Of a stretch of 64,000 bases of DNA, positions 1-5,898 are shown piece by piece; the stretch's first letter is position 1, and each line of letters starts with the position of its first letter. This DNA comes from a virus, in IMG/VR virus record IMGVR_UViG_3300032287_003559, positions 1-64,000 of that record; one strand, given 5' to 3'. The notes under the pieces are model-generated. The model did no database searches, had not been told where the DNA came from, and saw only the letters and a list, made by a program, of their open reading frames with translations. The translations under genes were made by a program, and so were the position numbers.

Positions 1-17
1 CTATAGTATGAACACCA
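1..17 (+). repeat. Partial copy 1 (3' end) of the 38-bp early promoter repeat, truncated by window edge
   Basis: CTATAGTATGAACACC is identical to the 3' end and downstream bases of copy 3 (1922-1937). Confidence 0.8.
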
Positions 18-25
18 CTCAACCG

Positions 26-253
26 ATGATCGTCTCTGAAGTCTACTCCTACCACACAAATTGGAAGGAAGGTAAAGTTAATCAAATGTGGATTGAGCAG
101 ATTACTGATAAAGAGTGCGACAATCTCTACGTTGCTGTCGCACACAATCCCCGCAATGGTTCGACAATGGAGATGAGCAATCCCCGCACATCTTACCATG
201 AAACTCTAAACTGGGTTCGTCGGTATTGTGGTACTTTCTGTATTCTTCCCTGA
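26..253 (+). CDS. Hypothetical early protein (start moved from 8 to 26)
   Basis: ORF track 8..253; the ATG at 8 abuts the -10 box TATAGT, and an in-frame ATG at 26 follows an A/C-rich leader. Confidence 0.7.
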   Translation: MIVSEVYSYHTNWKEGKVNQMWIEQITDKECDNLYVAVAHNPRNGSTMEMSNPRTSYHETLNWVRRYCGTFCILP

Positions 254-375
254 TGCGATTCTTTCTTTCTTTTCTTCTCATCTTCGCGACTATTCCGAGT
301 GCATTTGCAACAGTAAATCCACAACAGGAACAACGCGCTGAACAATTCTGCCAAACTAACTCAAATCGCTGCTGA
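253..375 (+). CDS. 40-aa protein with signal peptide (MRFFLSFLLIFATIPSAFA-TVNPQQ...)
   Basis: Translated manually; TGATG overlap with the upstream gene; hydrophobic N-terminus with an AFA cleavage-like motif. Confidence 0.65.
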   Translation: MRFFLSFLLIFATIPSAFATVNPQQEQRAEQFCQTNSNRC

Positions 376-377
376 TT

Positions 378-575
378 ATGCAATTCCAAGTTACTGAAAT
401 TGAGTTTGATTTTGATGATGATGAAGAGTTCACTCAACATCATTATGATAACATCACTGCCGACACTATCGGTATGATTTGGGAAGCAGATGATGAAGAT
501 GACCTAGTAGAAGAAATCACTGCTGCGACAGGTTGGTGTATCAAATCCATTGATTATCGTATCATTCTCAAATGA
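378..575 (+). CDS. Hypothetical acidic small phage protein
   Basis: ORF track; tight operon packing. Confidence 0.75.
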   Translation: MQFQVTEIEFDFDDDEEFTQHHYDNITADTIGMIWEADDEDDLVEEITAATGWCIKSIDYRIILK

Positions 576-733
576 AACACTCTAACACAGTTCGTATCAT
601 CGACAAACTGGGATTGTTCCCTGAGACTAAAGGTAAAGCACGTTACATCTCCGTCAAGACATACAATCATGCGATGGAGATTGTTGACGAACAAAACAAA
701 CTTGGTAACAAAGCTGTCCTGATTAACTGGTGA
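572..733 (+). CDS. Hypothetical 53-aa protein (MKHSNTVRIIDKLG...)
   Basis: Translated manually; ATGA overlap with the previous stop; fills the gap exactly. Confidence 0.7.
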   Translation: MKHSNTVRIIDKLGLFPETKGKARYISVKTYNHAMEIVDEQNKLGNKAVLINW

Positions 734-750
734 TTTCCCTTCCTAATCCT

Positions 751-933
751 ATGTCTGAAACTCAAAAACGTGGTCTGAATGGATTAACTGAACTTGAGTT
801 CTTTTTGAATGAAAAGTGTCGCGAAGATCCTGACCTGTTAGCAACGATTATCAGTGAGTATGTTTGGAGTTTGACTCCTACTAAACTTGCTGAACTTGAG
901 GACTTTCTTGTAAACAACTTCGGAGACAACTGA
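751..933 (+). CDS. Hypothetical protein
   Basis: ORF track 730..933; ATG at 751 preferred over GTG at 730. Confidence 0.65.
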   Translation: MSETQKRGLNGLTELEFFLNEKCREDPDLLATIISEYVWSLTPTKLAELEDFLVNNFGDN

Positions 934-1151
934 TGACTCTTTCACACGAACAAATCGAAGATCTGCGGCAGACTTATGCTGAAATGGTTGTTGATAGCAT
1001 GGACATGGAGACATTGGTATCATTTGCGATTGATTCGATTGTTGATGCTCTGCCTGTGAATGAGCAACAACTGAAACAAGAAATCATTGATCTTTATGAT
1101 GAAGAAATGTACGAAGATTTGCTGGAGAGTGTAACAAACTCAGCAGGTTGA
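933..1151 (+). CDS. Hypothetical acidic protein
   Basis: ORF track; TGATG coupling; its stop abuts repeat copy 2. Confidence 0.75.
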   Translation: MTLSHEQIEDLRQTYAEMVVDSMDMETLVSFAIDSIVDALPVNEQQLKQEIIDLYDEEMYEDLLESVTNSAG

Positions 1152-1189
1152 TAACTGAAACTCTGGGGCCTTTAAATTGTCCCTATAGT
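1152..1189 (+). repeat. 38-bp early promoter repeat, copy 2
   Basis: TAACTGAAACTCTGGGGCCTTTAAATTGTCCCTATAGT; ends in the -10-like TATAGT. Confidence 0.9.
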
Positions 1190-1204
1190 ATGAGCAACAG
1201 TCAA

Positions 1205-1441
1205 ATGCAAACCACTTACACTTCGCCTGATACTGGCAAACTCTATCACATCATCGAATCGCAATCTGAGCGTGGTGCATGGGATGAGAATGGTAACTAT
1301 GCTCCGAAAGTTGTAACACAGTACAGCATCTATGATGACATGAAGATGGTGCAATTTGCATTTGATGAGAATGGAATTGCCAAATCTGTGAGACATCATG
1401 AAGGTTTTCATGATGGTTGGACTTCTTCCCGTTTCGACTGA
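1205..1441 (+). CDS. Hypothetical protein (start 1205)
   Basis: ORF track 1148..1441; upstream starts lie in or abut the repeat; in-frame ATG at 1205. Confidence 0.7.
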   Translation: MQTTYTSPDTGKLYHIIESQSERGAWDENGNYAPKVVTQYSIYDDMKMVQFAFDENGIAKSVRHHEGFHDGWTSSRFD

Positions 1442-1451
1442 TTTTACCACA

Positions 1452-1598
1452 ATGACATTCTCAACTGCTGAAATCTCTGCGCTTCGTTCACTCATTGAGT
1501 TTCATGATGATTGGGATGAAGTGAGCGAACTTCTGGGCACTGACATTGATACTTTGTATGAAAAAGTATGTGCTCTTGATGAGGTGATTGCGCAATGA
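1452..1598 (+). CDS. Hypothetical 48-aa protein
   Basis: ORF track 1398..1598; ATG at 1452 avoids overlap with the previous gene. Confidence 0.65.
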   Translation: MTFSTAEISALRSLIEFHDDWDEVSELLGTDIDTLYEKVCALDEVIAQ

Positions 1599-1738
1599 TT
1601 CAGACGCAATTCTTTATTCTTACTTCTGAACAGTACGAAACATTTAATGATGAATCTGCTGCTGCTGGGGTTAGTCTCGATTACTTTCTTCTAGAGTTTT
1701 GTCAAATCGAAGGTGACTGGGTTAGTGTAGAAAACTGA
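1595..1738 (+). CDS. Hypothetical 47-aa protein (MIQTQFFILTSEQY...)
   Basis: Translated manually; ATGA and TGATG coupling on both sides. Confidence 0.65.
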   Translation: MIQTQFFILTSEQYETFNDESAAAGVSLDYFLLEFCQIEGDWVSVEN

Positions 1739-1893
1739 TGAGAAGCAGAACTTTAACATTCAAATCACCTGATAAAGTGAAACTGATCGCACTATTTTTC
1801 ATTGTTGGTATTGTTTTTTTCCCATCAGTTCGTCATGCTACTGCCTCTGCACTTCATACAACTGCTGACATTTTATCATCCGATTCTCAGTAA
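1738..1893 (+). CDS. 51-aa single-TM membrane protein
   Basis: Translated manually (LIALFFIVGIVFFP hydrophobic stretch); its stop TAA is the first 3 nt of repeat copy 3. Confidence 0.65.
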   Translation: MRSRTLTFKSPDKVKLIALFFIVGIVFFPSVRHATASALHTTADILSSDSQ

Positions 1894-1928
1894 TCACAAC
1901 TCTGGGGCCTTGAAATTGTCCCTATAGT
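1891..1928 (+). repeat. 38-bp early promoter repeat, copy 3
   Basis: TAATCACAACTCTGGGGCCTTGAAATTGTCCCTATAGT. Confidence 0.92.
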
Positions 1929-1949
1929 ATGAACACCGCAACCAACCAA

Positions 1950-2135
1950 ATGCAAACCCCGAAAGTCTATGCTGTCATTGCTGGAAATGATTATGAAGGT
2001 GAAGATTTCGACACGCTGAAACTCTTTGATTGCAAATCTGCTGCAGAAAAGTATAAGGAAGAACTGGAAAAGGATTATGATTATGTGCTGATGGAAACGA
2101 AAGAAGTTTGTATGGAATCTGCAATCGCTGTCTAA
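1950..2135 (+). CDS. Hypothetical protein; single-gene cassette between identical repeats
   Basis: ORF track 1929..2135; ATG at 1950; its stop TAA starts repeat copy 4. Confidence 0.75.
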   Translation: MQTPKVYAVIAGNDYEGEDFDTLKLFDCKSAAEKYKEELEKDYDYVLMETKEVCMESAIAV

Positions 2136-2170
2136 TCACAACTCTGGGGCCTTGAAATTGTCCCTATAGT
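2133..2170 (+). repeat. 38-bp early promoter repeat, copy 4 (identical to copy 3)
   Basis: TAATCACAACTCTGGGGCCTTGAAATTGTCCCTATAGT. Confidence 0.92.
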
Positions 2171-2200
2171 GTAAGCACCACACCCAACCAACTTCCTACC

Positions 2201-2518
2201 ATGCGACTCATCGAACGTCAAATGAACAAAGCAATTCTGAACTCTCAGGATTGGAAATCTGACAACACTGAAGTTATCTATTCCCCCGAACGTGATGCAA
2301 GTTATGTAATGCTTCATGGCAATCACATTGCGACAATCAATGAGACTTCGCTTGAACTTTACACTTGTGGTTATAAAACAAACACCACCAAGTCTCGTCT
2401 CAATGCTATTCTGAAAGAGCACGGAAATGATGCCCGTATCTTTCAACGTAACTTCGAATGGTTTGTTGTAGATAACGATCAAACAGTTCCGTTCACTGAA
2501 GGAATGATCTTGGTCTGA
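2201..2518 (+). CDS. Hypothetical phage protein (LHGNHIA...TTKSRLNAIL)
   Basis: ORF track; first gene after repeat copy 4. Confidence 0.8.
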   Translation: MRLIERQMNKAILNSQDWKSDNTEVIYSPERDASYVMLHGNHIATINETSLELYTCGYKTNTTKSRLNAILKEHGNDARIFQRNFEWFVVDNDQTVPFTEGMILV

Positions 2519-2682
2519 TGAAAGTTATCACTGTTGCCCTATTCACTGTTATCTTTTTTGCCTCATGTGTCGTCGGTCTAAAAACAATCAATCCAAAGAT
2601 CGAAGCACAATGTATAGCAAAAGGAGGACAAGTCTTCACAACTCCTGGTAAGTTTAGTTCTTGTCTTTACTCTGCAAACTAA
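2518..2682 (+). CDS. 54-aa membrane-anchored or secreted protein with C-x2-KGG...C motif
   Basis: Translated manually: MKVITVALFTVIFFASCVVGLKTINPKIEAQCIAKGGQVFTTPGKFSSCLYSAN; TGATG coupling. Confidence 0.65.
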   Translation: MKVITVALFTVIFFASCVVGLKTINPKIEAQCIAKGGQVFTTPGKFSSCLYSAN

Positions 2683-2699
2683 CACTCAACATCCCAAAC

Positions 2700-2882
2700 A
2701 TGATGATGACTAACGAACAAAAGCTTGAGGCATTGACTGATCTTCTATCCAATGTGATTCACTCTCTGGAGATGACAAAGTATGAGATTGAAGATGTATC
2801 AGAAGCAGCAAATGTTGTTCGTGAAGCAGACAACTATCACCAACAAATGCTAGACATTCTTCACTCTAACAACGCACAATGA
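2700..2882 (+). CDS. Hypothetical protein
   Basis: ORF track 2661..2882; ATG at 2700. Confidence 0.7.
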   Translation: MMMTNEQKLEALTDLLSNVIHSLEMTKYEIEDVSEAANVVREADNYHQQMLDILHSNNAQ

Positions 2883-3073
2883 TGATGACTGAAAATTATA
2901 CTGAACAAATTGACTTTCTTATTGCTGACACTCTAGAGAAAGTTCAACATCTAAATCCTGAACTTTATGGTCAATGGTATAGTAAACTCTATCCTCCTCA
3001 TGGTGATATTAAGAACTGGAATGTAGAGACGCTTCATACACTCGAACAACTCATTATTGATTATACAAAATGA
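2879..3073 (+). CDS. Hypothetical protein
   Basis: ORF track; ATGA coupling. Confidence 0.7.
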   Translation: MMMTENYTEQIDFLIADTLEKVQHLNPELYGQWYSKLYPPHGDIKNWNVETLHTLEQLIIDYTK

Positions 3074-3213
3074 CTGAAACTCAAGTGTTCACGATTCGCT
3101 ACTTTACGCCTTATCAACAACAATGGAGAACGCAAACGTTTTCTACACTTGATGAAGCACAAAGAATGGTCAGTTTCTATCAGTCTTGTGGTTCACCGTG
3201 CCATTTAGTTTAA
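3070..3213 (+). CDS. Hypothetical 47-aa protein (IRYFTPY...WRTQTFSTLDEAQRMVSFYQSCGSP)
   Basis: Translated manually; ATGA coupling. Confidence 0.7.
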   Translation: MTETQVFTIRYFTPYQQQWRTQTFSTLDEAQRMVSFYQSCGSPCHLV

Positions 3214-3317
3214 TGTCTAAAGTTCTTGCCTTTCTTGATACTTTGACTGATGAACAGTTAGAGACATTGACTGATGAAGAAATCATCCAAATGATGAAAG
3301 AACAAGAGGAACAGTAA
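3213..3317 (+). CDS. Hypothetical 34-aa acidic peptide
   Basis: Translated manually (MSKVLAFLDTLTDEQLETLTDEEIIQMMKEQEEQ); TAATG coupling. Confidence 0.5.
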   Translation: MSKVLAFLDTLTDEQLETLTDEEIIQMMKEQEEQ

Positions 3318-3412
3318 GTATAAGAGAGGAAGGGAGTTTGCCTCTGTCATGTAAAGAAAGTGACTTCCGTAGAGTATAGATAATGCCTTAAACTTGTTGG
3401 TTGGTGGGTTAT

Positions 3413-3445
3413 AGAGAGAGGACTGGTAATCCTCTCTCTTTTTTT
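3413..3445 (+). terminator. Rho-independent terminator
   Basis: 10-bp stem AGAGAGAGGA/TCCTCTCTCT, 7-nt loop, followed by a T-run. Confidence 0.85.
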
Positions 3446-3639
3446 ATGCTTACTTATACCAATATAGACGAAAAATGTGTAAATGAAAACAATTAAAAAA
3501 TGTATTAAAAAACATATATGCCCTTTCATTCTCTCGCTATGTGTTTATGCTTTGTGTGTCTTTATGCGTGTAGAAGCATAACGATTCTCCTGTAACTTAT
3601 GTCCTTAAAATCCTTCTAGACCTTGTTATCTTACACGTC

Positions 3640-3670
3640 ATTGTATCACACTCCCGCATAAATCCGTCAA
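3640..3670 (-). promoter_or_regulatory. Putative leftward sigma70-type promoter
   Basis: Minus strand TTGACG-N19-TACAAT with extended -10 TG; the spacer is long. Confidence 0.4.
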
Positions 3671-3741
3671 CCCCCCACGGTCACAAAATCCCCACAATTC
3701 CCGCCCAGAATCCCCCGGAAGACCCCTAAATACCCCCAGAC

Positions 3742-3771
3742 TTGACACACTACCTCACAGCATCTTATAAT
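3742..3771 (+). promoter_or_regulatory. Consensus sigma70-type promoter
   Basis: TTGACA-N18-TATAAT, about 30 nt upstream of ATG 3801. Confidence 0.8.
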
Positions 3772-3800
3772 GGTTCCACAACACCCAACGGAGAGAGATC

Positions 3801-3974
3801 ATGTCGGTTGCGTATCATCAAGCTCAGAAGCAGCGTTATAGAATCACTCTGGAAATGTCAGTGCTAGCAGACTTTGACCCTCATCAAATTGACTGGGAGA
3901 AACTCTTCAAACTTGAGCCAAGTGAGAAGTGTGAAGCATACGTTGAGGACCTCGATTGCCCTTCTAAGTGGTAA
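3801..3974 (+). CDS. Hypothetical 57-aa protein (DFDPHQIDWEKLFKLE)
   Basis: Translated manually; GGAG SD and a consensus promoter upstream. Confidence 0.75.
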   Translation: MSVAYHQAQKQRYRITLEMSVLADFDPHQIDWEKLFKLEPSEKCEAYVEDLDCPSKW

Positions 3975-4051
3975 AACAGCACTTTTAGTTTTGATAGCAT
4001 ATTACATCTAAAAACCACTAAATAATGAGGTATTAAGTTATCAAAATACCT

Positions 4052-4507
4052 ATGAACTTATTAAGAGAAATTCTAATCGAAAGGTTGGGTGGAAAGTGTG
4101 TAGAATGTGGTCGAACTGAAACATTAGAGTTCGACCACATTGATCCCTCTACAAAGTCATTCAATATTGCATCAGGTTATAGCAAACCGAAAGAAGTTTT
4201 GTTAGCGGAAGTTGCAAAGTGTCAACTTCTATGTAACAAATGCCACATAGAAAAGAGTAAGAAAGACCTCAAGTTTCGCCCTAAAAATTGTGCTGGCGGC
4301 AGACCTCTTAAGTATAAAGATTTGGGTGTAGGAGTGATGATAAGGGTGCCCGAAAGTGTCACCTTTATTCTACCACAACTGCTAGACGTTATGCAACAGT
4401 TAGAGGAGAAGGGTGAGGATAGTCGTGAGGTGATTTTACAGGTCCTCAGTGACATCGAAGAACGTCTGAGTAACCGAAACTCTGGGGCCTTGAAAGTGTC
4501 CCTATAG
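4052..4507 (+). CDS. HNH endonuclease with C-terminal putative DNA-binding extension
   Basis: CVECG...LEFDHIDP...CQLLCNKCH zinc-binding HNH signature; upstream late-type CTAAATA at 4018-4024. Confidence 0.85.
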   Translation: MNLLREILIERLGGKCVECGRTETLEFDHIDPSTKSFNIASGYSKPKEVLLAEVAKCQLLCNKCHIEKSKKDLKFRPKNCAGGRPLKYKDLGVGVMIRVPESVTFILPQLLDVMQQLEEKGEDSREVILQVLSDIEERLSNRNSGALKVSL

Positions 4508-4508
4508 T
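4471..4508 (+). repeat. 38-bp early promoter repeat, copy 5 (overlaps the HNH 3' end)
   Basis: TAACCGAAACTCTGGGGCCTTGAAAGTGTCCCTATAGT. Confidence 0.9.
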
Positions 4509-4533
4509 GTAAGGACAACCCAACCGCCCTTAA

Positions 4534-4737
4534 ATGTCTCAAACCGCTCTGAACTTCGCTATCGAAAATGCCTTCCAATCTCTTGCTAAAAAGGATTGGA
4601 ATCTGTTCGATGCTTGGTATGAGCGTCTGCACAATGTTCAGATGATTGGTGATATTGAGCAGACTGAAATCATCGAATCTGAGTGGAACGCAACCAACCT
4701 GGATTTGATGCTTGCCGATGTTATGTCTGCTGCCTGA
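4534..4737 (+). CDS. Hypothetical protein
   Basis: ORF track; first gene after repeat copy 5. Confidence 0.75.
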   Translation: MSQTALNFAIENAFQSLAKKDWNLFDAWYERLHNVQMIGDIEQTEIIESEWNATNLDLMLADVMSAA

Positions 4738-4761
4738 TTTCACCTCTTAACTAACACTCAA

Positions 4762-4923
4762 ATGACCCAAGTTCGCACCGTCACCTACACCAACGTTCGG
4801 GACAATGTAGAGCGTACTGTAGAGTTCCCCACTATCAATCAAGCGATGGTATTTGTGCAGTCTCTGCATATCGCTGGTGTGGATGCGATTGTTAATCTGC
4901 TACCTGAAGATGTAGCAGTCTGA
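4762..4923 (+). CDS. Hypothetical 53-aa protein (MTQVRTVTYTNVRDNVERTVEFPT...)
   Basis: Translated manually; A/C-rich leader like its neighbours. Confidence 0.7.
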   Translation: MTQVRTVTYTNVRDNVERTVEFPTINQAMVFVQSLHIAGVDAIVNLLPEDVAV

Positions 4924-5049
4924 TATACTCAACTCCTGTCGCATGAGTATAAACTAGGCACCGCTCCAGGAACTAGCACAACTGCTAGAATGAGGGAACT
5001 AGGGGCACCCTTACTCAACACACAGTTCACTACACTTTCCTTCTTCATT

Positions 5050-5190
5050 ATGTCTAAGACCGTGATGCTTTCTCTGCTGGCTCAAGGTAACAACGGCACT
5101 GAGATTATGTCGATTCTTGATGCAATCGTTGCTGATAATGTTACTGAGGATGATGATAGTCAGGGAACGCTGAATCCGATTGAGTTCTGA
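5050..5190 (+). CDS. Hypothetical 46-aa protein (MSKTVMLSLLAQGNNG...)
   Basis: ORF track 4990..5190; ATG at 5050 lies downstream of TGnTAGAAT at 4983-4991. Confidence 0.65.
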   Translation: MSKTVMLSLLAQGNNGTEIMSILDAIVADNVTEDDDSQGTLNPIEF

Positions 5191-5201
5191 TAGTCTACTG
5201 T

Positions 5202-5241
5202 GCGCCCTCTGGTTGACTCTGGAGGGCGCTTATGTTATGCT
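5202..5241 (+). promoter_or_regulatory. Sigma70-type promoter with -35 inside a GC-rich hairpin (may also terminate upstream transcription)
   Basis: TTGACT(5213)-N17-TATGCT(5236); stem GCGCCCTC/GAGGGCGC at 5202-5229. Confidence 0.55.
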
Positions 5242-5408
5242 TGGTGATGATAGTGATCCGGCAGTGTTTTGCCGCCGATTTGTTATAGCGTGGTGCGGCG
5301 TTGTTATGCCCCCCCCCCTTATTAAAAAAAGCAAACTACCCTAACCTACAGAGGTGACAAATCGAGCTCTAAATATCAATTTCAAAAAAAATTTCCGGAG
5401 GTAAAAAA

Positions 5409-5489
5409 ATGGGTGTAAAGTGGATTCATAAGGGTGGATATTCTCGCCCAGATAAAAGAACTCTAAAGAAAGGCAGTAAAAAGAAATGA
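5409..5489 (+). CDS. 26-aa basic peptide
   Basis: Strong SD GGAGGT and upstream CTAAATA (5369-5375); MGVKWIHKGGYSRPDKRTLKKGSKKK. Confidence 0.5.
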   Translation: MGVKWIHKGGYSRPDKRTLKKGSKKK

Positions 5490-5629
5490 GTCGAAATGTT
5501 CCTTATTGGAATTTTTGGAAGGTTGTTTTTGCAGGATGGATGATACGCTATCCTGGAAGAATGATAAAAATTTTCGGAGTACCAATTGGAATTGTATTAA
5601 TAATGATATATAATGCTGTGAAGAAATAA
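5486..5629 (+). CDS. 47-aa membrane protein (PYWNFWKVVFAGW...)
   Basis: Translated manually; ATGA coupling; hydrophobic C-terminus. Confidence 0.6.
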   Translation: MSRNVPYWNFWKVVFAGWMIRYPGRMIKIFGVPIGIVLIMIYNAVKK

Positions 5630-5649
5630 AAAATTCCGGAAATTTTTTT

Positions 5650-5850
5650 ATGAAAGAACAGGAAAAAATATATCACATATATGCAAAGGGGCAGTGCATA
5701 TATCACAGTTTATCAGAAGAAAAATTTTCTGAGATCTGGGAGATGTTACACAGGATGATTGATTTTTTGGATATGAGTATTTCATCCGAAGATTTGCAAT
5801 ATGAGGAAGTCAGTGTGAATAAACTGATATCATTAAATTCTTCATATTGA
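5650..5850 (+). CDS. Hypothetical protein (paralog of 6663-6824)
   Basis: ORF track; visible similarity to 6663-6824. Confidence 0.75.
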   Translation: MKEQEKIYHIYAKGQCIYHSLSEEKFSEIWEMLHRMIDFLDMSISSEDLQYEEVSVNKLISLNSSY

Positions 5851-5875
5851 CAAATGATAAATAGAACGATAAAAT
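5847..5875 (+). promoter_or_regulatory. Nested sigma70-type and late promoter
   Basis: TTGACA-N17-TAAAAT with ATAAATA (5857-5863) inside the spacer. Confidence 0.7.
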
Positions 5876-5898
5876 TGATCTGATGGTTTTTTTAACTT

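Noticed and set aside
3347-3529. Minus-strand 60-aa ORF
   Set aside because: Low-complexity translation running through a terminator; no SD; more likely non-coding
1152-4508. 38-bp repeats as a CRISPR array
   Set aside because: Intervals are 242-2338 bp and contain intact genes; no cas genes; the repeat ends in a -10 box
4222-4743. Minus-strand 173-aa ORF
   Set aside because: Shadow of the HNH gene and the 4534 gene; crosses a repeat; no recognisable motifs
4924-4960. preQ1-I riboswitch
   Set aside because: Only the hairpin plus A-rich tail geometry is similar; the loop consensus does not match and there is no queuosine gene downstream
5245-5320. tRNA in the GC-rich non-coding stretch
   Set aside because: No cloverleaf, no T-loop GTTC motif and no acceptor stem
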